Of a stretch of DNA of 64,000 nt, positions 49,254 through 58,844 are shown piece after piece. The stretch is taken from assembly GCA_050309605.1 (NCBI GenBank), contig JBNRMN010000067.1, forward strand, positions 64,001 through 128,000, in the 5' to 3' direction. Below the pieces are notes generated by a model. It was not told where the DNA came from and ran no database searches. It saw only the letters and a program-made list of their open reading frames with translations. Within the stretch, counting starts at the first letter, position 1; each line of letters starts with the position of its first letter. The DNA is from Anaerohalosphaeraceae bacterium. Lineage in GTDB: Bacteria > Planctomycetota > Phycisphaerae > Sedimentisphaerales > Anaerohalosphaeraceae. The translations under genes were made by a program, and so were the position numbers.

Positions 49254-50482
49254 TGTTTGTGGATGACGACCTCAAGGCGCTGGAAGCGCTGCGGCGAATG
49301 CTGTTCGGGCGACGTGACATCTGGCAGATGCGGTATCTGGCCGATCCGAACGCCGCGCTGGAAAGTCTGCAACAGGAGCCGGCGGATCTGGTCATCTCCG
49401 ATTTGCAGATGCCCGAAATGGACGGGATGGTGTTTTTGGATCAGGTGCGCGATCATTTTCCGCAGACGATTCGTTATGTCTTGACCGGTGTGATGGATCA
49501 TCCTTCGCTGGCGCGGGCGCTGCGCTGTGCGCACCATGTCATCGCCAAACCGTGTCGCCCCCCCGAACTGCATGAGGTGATGCAGCGGGCCGAAGCCATT
49601 ATGCAGCGGATGAACAAACTGAAAAAAGCCTCCCTGCTGGCGGGCATGGACCGTCTGCCGGTGATGCCCCGAATTCATCAGCAGGCACTGGAGATGCTCG
49701 ATTCACCGATGGTCAGTCTTCGGGGTCTGGGGCGTCTTCTGGCCGGCGATGCGGGGATGGCCGCGCGTGTGCTGCAGCTTGCCAATTCCGCTTCCATGGG
49801 CCGGTCGGGGGCGGTTCACGATCCGGTTCAGGCAGTGGTGCTCCTGGGCATCAAGACCGCCAAAGCCATGATTCTGACCGACGGACTGTTTGCCCGTCTG
49901 AATCCGCATTTGATCAGGATGTTCGGCGTAACGGAACTGCAATCGCATTGCATTCGCGTCGGCGCACTGGCGCGTCGAATCTGTACGGACTTGAATTTCG
50001 GAACCGAAAAGATCGAAGCGGCAGCCACGGCCGGTATGCTTCACGACGCCGGCAAAATCATAATGCTCTCGCAGCAAAAAGACGTGTTTCTCCAGGCGCT
50101 GGAGCGCTCGCGAAAAGAAGGACGGCCGCTCTTTGAAACCGAACAGGATCTGATGGGCATCAATCACGCCGAATTGGTCGGAGCCATGCTTCAATTGTGG
50201 GTGATGCCGGCGGAAATCATCGAGGCCGCGGCCTGTCATCACCAGCCGCTGGATGCGACCTCGATTCTTTCGGCTTCACACACGCCGACCCTCGCGGACG
50301 TGATCCATCTGGCCGATGCCATTGATCATCGCTTTTGCAGCAGCGGCGTGGACGGCACATCGCCGGAAATGGACGAACAGCGTCTGCGGTTTTTCAATCT
50401 GGCCGAACACATTCCACGCTGGATACAACAGCATATGCAGATTCAGAACAGGAAAACCGTCTATGACTGCCAATACGTGTGA
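49244..50482 (+). CDS. Response regulator REC-HDOD protein
   Basis: FVDDD, ISDLQMPEMDG, AKP; HDOD motifs LPVMP, VLQLANS, GMLHDAGK, NHAELVG. Confidence 0.9.
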   Translation: MRVMFVDDDLKALEALRRMLFGRRDIWQMRYLADPNAALESLQQEPADLVISDLQMPEMDGMVFLDQVRDHFPQTIRYVLTGVMDHPSLARALRCAHHVIAKPCRPPELHEVMQRAEAIMQRMNKLKKASLLAGMDRLPVMPRIHQQALEMLDSPMVSLRGLGRLLAGDAGMAARVLQLANSASMGRSGAVHDPVQAVVLLGIKTAKAMILTDGLFARLNPHLIRMFGVTELQSHCIRVGALARRICTDLNFGTEKIEAAATAGMLHDAGKIIMLSQQKDVFLQALERSRKEGRPLFETEQDLMGINHAELVGAMLQLWVMPAEIIEAAACHHQPLDATSILSASHTPTLADVIHLADAIDHRFCSSGVDGTSPEMDEQRLRFFNLAEHIPRWIQQHMQIQNRKTVYDCQYV

Positions 50483-52697
50483 TTCCATACTGCTGATTGA
50501 TGATGATGCGGAGCTGCTGGCGGGGTTTCGCCGGCGTCTCGGCGGGCATTATGCGCTGCGGTTTTTTACTGAACCGCAAGAGGCGCTGGAGGTCATCCGT
50601 CGGGAAGGGATGGTCGCCGTAGTCGTTTCTGATATGCGGATGCCGCAGATGGACGGCTTGGCTTTCTTACGTCAGGTGCGGCGGCTGTGTCCGGAGACGG
50701 TGTGTATGATTCTGACCGGCGCCGACGAGCAGGGACCGGCCGTGCAGGCGGTCAACGACGGACACGTTTTTCGTTTTTTGAAGAAACCCTGTTCAAAAGA
50801 GGCCTTAACAGAAGCCATTGATCAGGCCTGTCAGGAATTCAACAACCGCTGCCGGCGAAATGGATTTGTGTATCGGCTGAACAAAATCAATCAGAACCTG
50901 TCCATCGTTGAAGTCGAGGTCGGCGCGTTGGCGGTCACCGGCTTTACGGGCGTCGATTTTGCGGCCTCCTCGAGCCGATGGGACGAACTGACGCTGCCGG
51001 AAGATCGGGCGGCGGTGCAGGCGTTTTATGAACACGCCTGGGACGGAAAGCCGACCGATCCGATTGAGTATCGCCTTCGCCGTAAAGGCGGAACCATTCG
51101 CTGGGTTCGCAACACGCTGCTGAATCGATATGCCGGCGGCCATGTGTGTCCGCTGACGCTTGAAGGTCAGATTCAGGATATTACCGAACAAAAGCGAATG
51201 GAGCAGAGTCTGGAGCAGACACGCCGGCGCTATGAAAAAATCGTCGCCAATGTGCCCGGCCTGGTGTTTCAGTGCCAAATGCAAAGCAACGGCGATTTCG
51301 CGTTTACCTTTGTCAGTCATTCCTGCCTGCGTCTGCTGGGCGTAACGTCCGAGCAGATTTATACGGACAACGGGTTATTTTTTAAGGCGTTCGATCCCGA
51401 TGATCGTTCGCGCTTTTTCAGCAAACTGGCCGACTCCGCTGAACGATTGACCCCGTTGGTCTGGCAAGGCTGCCATACGCACGACAAAACCGAGCGGTGG
51501 TTTCAGATGACTGCTCAGCCGGAGCGATTGGCCGATGGGGCTGTCCTGTGGGATGGGCTGCTGATGGAGATCACCGAACAGAAACAAAGCGAACGACATG
51601 CCGAGTTTCTGGCGCAGATTTCCAAAGAGAATCCCAATCCCGTCCTCCGTGTTAATGAGCAAGGGCGCATCATTTACGCCAACGACGCTGCGGCGCCGCT
51701 GCTGTCGATCTGGGATCGGCAGAGCGGACAAATCCTGCCGCAGGACGTGGTTGAAACGGCATTGAAGGTCAGCGGAAGCGACAGCCACAGGACCGTTGAA
51801 CAGCGCTGCGACGATCATTATTATGCCATTGTATTTGCGCCGGTGCGGGGCACAACAGATGTCAATCTCTATGCGCGGGATATCACAAAAATCAAGATCG
51901 CCGAGCTGGAATTGCGCAATGCCAATCAAACCCTGATGGAACACGACCGGCTCAAGAGCGAATTTGTCTCCACCGTCACGCATGAACTGCGCACGCCGTT
52001 GTGCATTTTTCGCAATATTCTGTCTAATGCGCTGGCCGAGGTGCACGGCCCGATCAGCAAACGTCTTCGCGAAAATCTGGAAATGGCGCAGACCGGCGTC
52101 GAACGGCTCAGCCGCATTATTTCAGATTTTCTGGATATGACCAAAATTGAGGCCGGAAGCCTGCAGTTGAATCTGGATATTTGCTCCCTGAACGATGTCA
52201 TTGTCGAGACCTGCCGTTCGCTGAAACTGCTGGCCGCCGCCAAAAAAATCAAGATCCAGACCGTCCTGCCGAGCCGTGATTGCCTGACCTGGATCGATCG
52301 CGACCGCATTGTGCAGGTCCTGGTCAATCTCATCGGCAACGCCATCAAGTTTATTTCCATCCGCGGCCGTATCGTCGTTCGGCTGGACGAGGACCACGAC
52401 GGCTTCAGGATTGGTGTTGAGGACGACGGGCCGGGACTGACGCCGGAGGAAATGGCGCGTGTGTTTGATCGGTTCGTGCAGACCAAAAACCTCAAAGGTC
52501 CCGGCCGGCACGGCACCGGATTGGGACTGGCCATATCACGGGAACTGGCGCGGATGCACGGCGGACAAATTCGGGTCGAAAGCCAGGTCGGCAAAGGGTG
52601 TGTCTTTTGGTTTACGCTCCCGCGAAAGCCCCTTTCGCAGGCGATGGCCTCTGGCCCTGCGGCAACGGCATGGGGTGAACCTGTTAAGAAAATGTAA
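50463..52697 (+). CDS. Hybrid REC-PAS-PAS-PAS histidine kinase
   Basis: LIDDD, VVSDMRMPQMDG, PAS/PAC motifs, H-box VTHELRTPL, NLIGNAIKF, DDGPG, GTGLGL. Confidence 0.92.
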   Translation: MTANTCDSILLIDDDAELLAGFRRRLGGHYALRFFTEPQEALEVIRREGMVAVVVSDMRMPQMDGLAFLRQVRRLCPETVCMILTGADEQGPAVQAVNDGHVFRFLKKPCSKEALTEAIDQACQEFNNRCRRNGFVYRLNKINQNLSIVEVEVGALAVTGFTGVDFAASSSRWDELTLPEDRAAVQAFYEHAWDGKPTDPIEYRLRRKGGTIRWVRNTLLNRYAGGHVCPLTLEGQIQDITEQKRMEQSLEQTRRRYEKIVANVPGLVFQCQMQSNGDFAFTFVSHSCLRLLGVTSEQIYTDNGLFFKAFDPDDRSRFFSKLADSAERLTPLVWQGCHTHDKTERWFQMTAQPERLADGAVLWDGLLMEITEQKQSERHAEFLAQISKENPNPVLRVNEQGRIIYANDAAAPLLSIWDRQSGQILPQDVVETALKVSGSDSHRTVEQRCDDHYYAIVFAPVRGTTDVNLYARDITKIKIAELELRNANQTLMEHDRLKSEFVSTVTHELRTPLCIFRNILSNALAEVHGPISKRLRENLEMAQTGVERLSRIISDFLDMTKIEAGSLQLNLDICSLNDVIVETCRSLKLLAAAKKIKIQTVLPSRDCLTWIDRDRIVQVLVNLIGNAIKFISIRGRIVVRLDEDHDGFRIGVEDDGPGLTPEEMARVFDRFVQTKNLKGPGRHGTGLGLAISRELARMHGGQIRVESQVGKGCVFWFTLPRKPLSQAMASGPAATAWGEPVKKM

Positions 52698-52799
52698 AAT
52701 TGTCCCAAAAAATACCTATACAATCATCACCCTTCAAGGTATGATAACACCCCGAATGAAACGGTATTGTATTATTCAACCCTTTTTCGGGACATCTTT

Positions 52800-55358
52800 A
52801 TGAAGGCCACCGATTGGACAAACGCCGCATCAACCGCAACACTTCTTGTTTTTTTGTTCTTTTTAGGTTTGATCGAGGCCGGCGGGACGTCGGCTGATTA
52901 CCAACGCGCCCAGGCCCTGCGGGCGCGATTCAGCGGCAAGGTGTTTCGGGACAATGTTGACCCGCAATGGTTTGCCGACGGGACGCTGTTCTGGTATCGC
53001 CTCGCCGTCGGCCCGGATTCACATGAATGGGTTCTGGTGGACGCGGAAAACGGCCTTCGGCAAGCGGCCTTTGATGCCGAGCGTCTGGCCGCGGCCCTGA
53101 CGGAAGCCGGCGTGCCGAATGTACGCCCTGAGGCGCTGCCAATTGAACAGCTTGAGTTTGAAGTTCAGGAACGCACGCCTCAGGCCGTTCAGTTTCAGGC
53201 CGACGGCAGACGCTGGCGCTGTGATTTGCAGACGTATGAATTGCAAATGACCGGACAGGCCGAAGAAGAATCCCTGCCCGCGATACCGCCCGACCGGGCG
53301 CCTCGGGCCAGCCGTCAAACAGGCCGGCAGGTGATTTTGACGTTCGTCAATCGCACCGACAGCGACGTGCACTTGTTCTGGCTCGACGCCGGCGGTCAGC
53401 GTCAAAATTACGGCGTGCTCGGCCCCGGCCAGGAGCGTCGCCAGAATACCTACGCCGGCCACGTCTGGTTGGCGGCTGAGGCCGACGGCAATGCCATTGC
53501 GGTCTATCAGGCCGTCGAGCAGCCCGCCCGCGTATTGATCGGCCGGGAGAACACAACGCGACGCCGCGGCGCCGACAGACCCGCACGGCGTACCAGGCCG
53601 ACTGGCTCGGATCGGTCAACGTCGCCGGACCAGCGGTGGCAGGCGTTTATTCGGGATCACAACCTGTGGCTGCGCGACCGGCAGAATGAGGAGCACGAAA
53701 TCCAGTTGAGCACCGACGGCAACACCGAAGACAGCTATCAGCCGCGGGTGTATTGGTCGCCCGATTCCCGCAAGCTGGCCGCGATCCGACGTCAGCCCGC
53801 TCAGGAACGTAAGGTGTATTTCGTTGAATCCTCCCCGCGCGATCAGCTTCAGCCGCGGCTGCACAGCATCGATTATCTCAAGCCCGGCGACCGGGTGGCG
53901 ATTGACAAACCGCAGTTGTTTGACGTGGAAACCCAAACACATATTCCCGTCAGCGATGAACTGTTTGCCAATCCGTACAATATCTATGGCCTGCGCTGGC
54001 AGCCGGATTCAAGCCGCGTGACGTTTATTTACAATCAGCGCGGTCATCAGGTCTTGCGGGTTGTCGCCGTCGATGCCGAAACCGGCCAAACCGCAGTCGT
54101 CATTGATGAAACCAGCGATACCTTTATCTGTTATTCGCAGAAGTTTTTCTGCGACTATATCGATGATGCCGATGAGATCATCTGGATGTCCGAGCGGGAC
54201 GGCTGGAATCACTTGTACTTGTACGATGCCCAAACCGGCACGGTCAAAAATCAAATCACCCAGGGCCAATGGGTCGTCCGCAGCGTGGACTACGTGGACA
54301 AAGACAACCGTCAAATTTGGTTTCAACTGAGCGGCTATTATCCCGAACAAGACCCTTATTATGTGCATTATGCACGGGTTAACTTTGACGGGATGGAACT
54401 GACGCTGCTGACCGAAAGCGACGGCACGCATTCAGTACGCTTTTCGCCCGATCGCCGGTTTGCCGTGGCCCAATGGTCGCGGGTCAATCACCCGCCGGTT
54501 CACGAGCTGCGGCGGTGTGAAGACGGCACACGGCTGTGCGTCCTTGAACAGGCCGATGCGTCCGCCCTGTTCGAAGCCGGCTGGCAGACGCCCGAACCGT
54601 TCGTCGCCAAAGCCCGTGACGGCAAAACCGACATCTACGGCGTTATCGTCCGCCCGACCACCTTTGACCCCAATATCAGCTACCCGATTATTGAGCATAT
54701 TTACGCCGGCCCGCAGGGGTCGTTTGTACCCAAAGGCTTTCAGCCCTATCTGCGGATGATGCAGATGGCCGAACTGGGCTTCATTCTGGTGCAGATCGAT
54801 GGTATGGGCACATCCAACCGCTCCAAGGCCTTTCATGATGTCTGCTGGCAAAATCTGGCCGATGCCGGCCTGCCGGATCGGGTGCTGTGGATCAAGGCCG
54901 CGTCTGACAAATACCCCTATATGGATACGCAGCGCGTCGGCATTTACGGCGGCTCGGCCGGCGGCCAGAACGCCGCCGCGGCGGTGATGACCCACGGCGA
55001 TTTTTACAAGGTTGCTGTCGCCGACTGCGGCTGTCATGACAATCGAATGGATAAAATCTGGTGGAATGAACAGTGGATGGGCTGGCCCGTCGGGCCCCAT
55101 TACGAGGCCAATTCCAACGTGACGTTAGCGCCCGGCCTGAAGGGCAAGCTCCTGCTGATTGTCGGCGAGATGGACACCAATGTCGATCCCGCTTCGACCA
55201 TGCAGGTGGTTGACGCCCTGATTCGTGCGGATAAGGATTTCGACATGCTCATCGTGCCCGGCGCCGGACACGGCGCCGCCGAGGGCCGCTATGCCAGCCG
55301 TCGGCGAGCCGATTTCTTCGTGCGGCATTTGCTGGGTTCAGAACCCAGACGACAGTAA
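52800..55358 (+). CDS. S9B (DPP-IV-like) peptidase with inserted VHL-beta-like domain
   Basis: Signal peptide; DPP-IV propeller (SERDGWNHLY); YAGPQG; nucleophile GGSAGG; DTNVDP; GAGH. Confidence 0.92.
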   Translation: MKATDWTNAASTATLLVFLFFLGLIEAGGTSADYQRAQALRARFSGKVFRDNVDPQWFADGTLFWYRLAVGPDSHEWVLVDAENGLRQAAFDAERLAAALTEAGVPNVRPEALPIEQLEFEVQERTPQAVQFQADGRRWRCDLQTYELQMTGQAEEESLPAIPPDRAPRASRQTGRQVILTFVNRTDSDVHLFWLDAGGQRQNYGVLGPGQERRQNTYAGHVWLAAEADGNAIAVYQAVEQPARVLIGRENTTRRRGADRPARRTRPTGSDRSTSPDQRWQAFIRDHNLWLRDRQNEEHEIQLSTDGNTEDSYQPRVYWSPDSRKLAAIRRQPAQERKVYFVESSPRDQLQPRLHSIDYLKPGDRVAIDKPQLFDVETQTHIPVSDELFANPYNIYGLRWQPDSSRVTFIYNQRGHQVLRVVAVDAETGQTAVVIDETSDTFICYSQKFFCDYIDDADEIIWMSERDGWNHLYLYDAQTGTVKNQITQGQWVVRSVDYVDKDNRQIWFQLSGYYPEQDPYYVHYARVNFDGMELTLLTESDGTHSVRFSPDRRFAVAQWSRVNHPPVHELRRCEDGTRLCVLEQADASALFEAGWQTPEPFVAKARDGKTDIYGVIVRPTTFDPNISYPIIEHIYAGPQGSFVPKGFQPYLRMMQMAELGFILVQIDGMGTSNRSKAFHDVCWQNLADAGLPDRVLWIKAASDKYPYMDTQRVGIYGGSAGGQNAAAAVMTHGDFYKVAVADCGCHDNRMDKIWWNEQWMGWPVGPHYEANSNVTLAPGLKGKLLLIVGEMDTNVDPASTMQVVDALIRADKDFDMLIVPGAGHGAAEGRYASRRRADFFVRHLLGSEPRRQ

Positions 55359-55391
55359 TGCCGACCTGTTGACTTGTGGACAAGGAGTTGT

Positions 55392-56084
55392 ATGGATATG
55401 AATACCAAAGTGCTGGTCGTCGATGACCAGAAGGACTTGCTTGAACTGCTCAGTATGGCGCTGACGCAGGAAGGTTACATCGTACGCACCGCCGCCGGCG
55501 GAGCCGAAGCGATGGAGGCGGTCGCCGCCGATAAGCCCGATCTGATCCTGCTCGACATTATGCTGGGCGACACATCGGGCATCAAGCTGACGACCCGTTG
55601 GAAAAACGACGCTCAGACCGCCCATATCCCCATCATTCTGCTGACGGCCAAAGACAGCGAGACCGATATTATCGTCGGCCTGAGCGTCGGCGCCGATGAC
55701 TACATCACCAAGCCGTTCAGCACGCGGGTGCTGCTGGCGCGGATGGAGGCCGTGCTGCGTCGGGCCTATCCGGAACCGTCGGCCGTGCGGGAAATTCTTT
55801 CCGCCGGACCGGTGCGATTGTTTCCGGCAGGCCGCCAGGCCTTTGTCCAGGGGTCGCCGGTCGATTTGACCGGCGCCGAATTCAATATTCTGCTGGCCCT
55901 GATCAAGGCCGGCGGCCAGGTGCTCTCGCGCGAAGCACTGCACAGCGTCATGGCCCCCAACGCGGATGAGGCCGGCAATGTCCGCGTTGTGGATGTGCAC
56001 GTCGCCGCACTGCGGAAAAAACTCGGCAAGGCCCGACATATCCTCAAGACTGTCCACGGCAAAGGCTATCGGGCCGTCCTTTAG
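55392..56084 (+). CDS. OmpR/PhoB-family response regulator
   Basis: VVDD, LLDIML, LLTAKD, GADDYITKPF, winged-helix VVDVHVAALRKKLG...TVHGKGY. Confidence 0.93.
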   Translation: MDMNTKVLVVDDQKDLLELLSMALTQEGYIVRTAAGGAEAMEAVAADKPDLILLDIMLGDTSGIKLTTRWKNDAQTAHIPIILLTAKDSETDIIVGLSVGADDYITKPFSTRVLLARMEAVLRRAYPEPSAVREILSAGPVRLFPAGRQAFVQGSPVDLTGAEFNILLALIKAGGQVLSREALHSVMAPNADEAGNVRVVDVHVAALRKKLGKARHILKTVHGKGYRAVL

Positions 56085-56166
56085 AACAGTCGTAAACCGA
56101 ATCGCCGACAGCCGCAAGCCGGCCGCCGATGGAAAGCCGAAAGCGATTCACTGCAAGAGCGTTCCA

Positions 56167-56592
56167 ATGACGGATGTACAAATCAATGACCAACTGACTA
56201 TTCCGGAAAGCTGTCTTGACTTTCAAACCAGCCGCAGCTCCGGCCCCGGCGGCCAGAATGTCAACAAGCTCAACACCCGCGTTACGTTAATCTTTGATCT
56301 GCCCCATTGCCCGACCCTGACTGACGCGCAGCGGACGTGCCTGCGCAAAAAGTGCGCCTCCCGGCTCGACAGAGACGGACGTCTGCATCTGTCCTCACAG
56401 CGATATCGCTCCCAGCATGCCAATCGGCGGGACGCTCTTGAGCGATTCAAAGCTCTCATCGCCGAAGCCCTTAAACCCCGTCCCAAACGGCGAAAAACAA
56501 CCGTCCCGGCCAAAGCGATTCGTCAACGTCTCGAACAGAAAAAACGCCGTTCAGCACTCAAACGATTACGAGCTTCATTGGATTTTGACTAA
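56167..56592 (+). CDS. arfB: Alternative ribosome rescue peptidyl-tRNA hydrolase ArfB
   Basis: RSSGPGGQNVNK (GGQ), RSQHANR, basic C-tail RLEQKKRRSALK. Confidence 0.95.
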   Translation: MTDVQINDQLTIPESCLDFQTSRSSGPGGQNVNKLNTRVTLIFDLPHCPTLTDAQRTCLRKKCASRLDRDGRLHLSSQRYRSQHANRRDALERFKALIAEALKPRPKRRKTTVPAKAIRQRLEQKKRRSALKRLRASLDFD

Positions 56593-56879
56593 TGAATGTC
56601 TTGATATGCAAGGGTCTTCTCGACGGGGCATGGCCGTCTTGTCTGTAGAGTGGCATTAATGTCTTTTGTCGGCGGTGGTTCAGGGACCCCTTGGTTTCGG
56701 ATCGACTCATGTTTCGCTATTTTTTTTGACGTTTTTGTGAAAATTCTATTGACAAACCCAATTTTGGTCGATTTATTTGTATCTGTGTTGGAAGGTCGTT
56801 CCCGTCCCTCGGAACGGTCTTTGAGATGATGTTGAGGGATTTTCGGCAAAGCGGGCCAAAACGGCCCAAGGAGTGACAC

Positions 56880-57083
56880 GTGAGTGCTGGTACAGTAAAG
56901 TGGTTCAACGAGAAGAAGGGGTTCGGATTTATTACTCCCGATGATGGCGGCGATGACTTGTTTGTGCATCACACCAATATCGTCGCGAAGGGCTTTCGGA
57001 CGTTGAAAGACGGCCAGAGAGTGGAGTATGAGGCGGCTCAGGGAAAGAAAGGAATGGAAGCGACTGACGTCAAACCCTGTTGA
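56880..57083 (+). CDS. Cold-shock protein
   Basis: [27 protein letters not shown] start after AAGGAG. Confidence 0.96.
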   Translation: MSAGTVKWFNEKKGFGFITPDDGGDDLFVHHTNIVAKGFRTLKDGQRVEYEAAQGKKGMEATDVKPC

Positions 57084-57113
57084 ATTGTTGTGATGGCTCA
57101 AGTACACACAATC

Positions 57114-57143
57114 GGGCCTGCTGAATGAAGCAGGCCTGTTTTA
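57114..57143 (+). terminator. Intrinsic terminator after the cold-shock gene
   Basis: GGGCCTGCT-GAATGA-AGCAGGCCT-GTTTTAT. Confidence 0.7.
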
Positions 57144-57170
57144 TGCGCTGCCCGGTTTGACAACTCCGGT

Positions 57171-58652
57171 TCAGTATTTCCGTCGGAACTTGGCCGTGGG
57201 AATATTCAGCAGTTTGCGATATTTGGCGACGGTGCGGCGGGCGATGTGGCCCATGCCGGCCTCGGCCAGTTGTTTGCGGATTTCATCGTCACTGAGCGGA
57301 CTGGATTTATCCTCGTGGTTGACGATTTCTTCCAGTTTGGCCTTGATCGCGTCATAACTGCGCTGCTGGCCGGTCTCATCCTCCAGCCCGCCGCTGAAGA
57401 AACTGCGCAACGGCAAAATACCCTGCGGACACTGCACGTATTTGCCCGCCACCGCCCGTGAGACGGTCGCGATATGCACCCCGACCTCATCGGCAATCAC
57501 GGCCATCGGCAGCGGTTTGAGATACAGCTTGCCGTGTGAGAAAAAGTCGTGCTGATGCCGCACAATCGCTCGGGCAACCTTCAGCAGGGTGTTTTTGCGC
57601 TGCTCAATGGCGTCCATAAACCACTGTGCCGAACGAATATTTTTCAGCAGAAAATCCCGCGTCTGATCGTCAATTGACCGGTTGCGCGCCATTTTCTTGT
57701 AAAAGCTGTTGATTCGCAGCGACGGCATAAACGAATCGGTCAGCCGTACATCATAGCCGCCTTGCTCGTCCGGCTCAACGATTACGTCGGCGTTAATCGG
57801 ATAGTTGTCGTTGCGTCCGACCACCAGCCCCGGCGACGTATCCAGCTTGCTGAGCCGTTCAATCGCCTCGTTGATGCGTTCCACCGAGCAGTTCATTTTT
57901 TTGGCGATCTGTGGCAGATGGTTTTCCAACAGTTGCGACCAGTGTTTGCTCACCAGCTCAATCTCAAACGACATATCCTCCGGCGATTGCCGCATCTGAA
58001 TCAGCAGACACTCGCGCAGATCACGCGCCCCGACGCCGGACGGCTCCAGCTTTTGCACCAGTTCCAGCGCAGCCTGTAAATGCTCCATCCCGAATGACTG
58101 TTTGTCCGGGTTGTGCAGTTGTTCCAGGCGAACTGACAGGTAGCCCTTTTCGTCCAGATAGTCGATAATCAGCTCCCCCGCGGCCTGCACCTTCGGGTCG
58201 GCATCGACCATCCGCCACTGTTCTTTGAGCCAGTCGTTCAGCGATTGGCCCTGAGCGGCGGTGTTCAGCAACGCCTCCATTTTTTTGTCAGGGTCGCCGC
58301 CGCTTGTCGGCTGCGGATGTATCGGCCCGGAATTGTTCAGGTAGTCATCAAAATCCTCGCCGAAGTCTTCCAGCCGCTGAAAATCCTCAACATGGTCGTT
58401 GTCCTCGCCGACGACCATTTCCTGTTCGTCGGTGCTGGTTTCGGCCGTCGCGACTGAATCGCCGTTGTCGCAGCCGGCCTCGGCCTGATCGGCGGTCTCC
58501 AGCACCGGATTGCTGTTCAACTCGGCCTCGATCCGTTCCTGCAGCGCAAGCAGCGGAAGCTGAAGGATTTCCATCGACTGGATCATCCGCGGTGCCAGCT
58601 TCATCCGCTGCTCCATCCGCATCTGGCCGGTCAGTGATAATTTCATCGCCAT
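57171..58652 (-). CDS. rpoN: RNA polymerase sigma-54 factor
   Basis: QSMEILQL, NPVLE, GVGARDLRECLLIQ, ATVSRAV..KY, RpoN box ARRTVAKYR. Confidence 0.97.
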   Translation of the reverse strand: MAMKLSLTGQMRMEQRMKLAPRMIQSMEILQLPLLALQERIEAELNSNPVLETADQAEAGCDNGDSVATAETSTDEQEMVVGEDNDHVEDFQRLEDFGEDFDDYLNNSGPIHPQPTSGGDPDKKMEALLNTAAQGQSLNDWLKEQWRMVDADPKVQAAGELIIDYLDEKGYLSVRLEQLHNPDKQSFGMEHLQAALELVQKLEPSGVGARDLRECLLIQMRQSPEDMSFEIELVSKHWSQLLENHLPQIAKKMNCSVERINEAIERLSKLDTSPGLVVGRNDNYPINADVIVEPDEQGGYDVRLTDSFMPSLRINSFYKKMARNRSIDDQTRDFLLKNIRSAQWFMDAIEQRKNTLLKVARAIVRHQHDFFSHGKLYLKPLPMAVIADEVGVHIATVSRAVAGKYVQCPQGILPLRSFFSGGLEDETGQQRSYDAIKAKLEEIVNHEDKSSPLSDDEIRKQLAEAGMGHIARRTVAKYRKLLNIPTAKFRRKY

Positions 58653-58844
58653 ATCGATAACACCTGTAGTCATTCAGGATGCAATTGGTCTTGTAAAACA
58701 CCCCCATTATAACACCCCTGCGTCCGAAAATACAGCCCCGATTTTTACCGATTACCGATTACGGATGATTGACAATGGATGATTGGTGATGTATCCTATT
58801 GGTAACAATAGCAGGGATCGAACCGAAATTCGGAGGACTATCGA

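Noticed and set aside
56589..57107. Minus-strand 172-aa ORF over the cold-shock gene
   Set aside because: Antisense shadow of csp, which has clear motifs on the plus strand.
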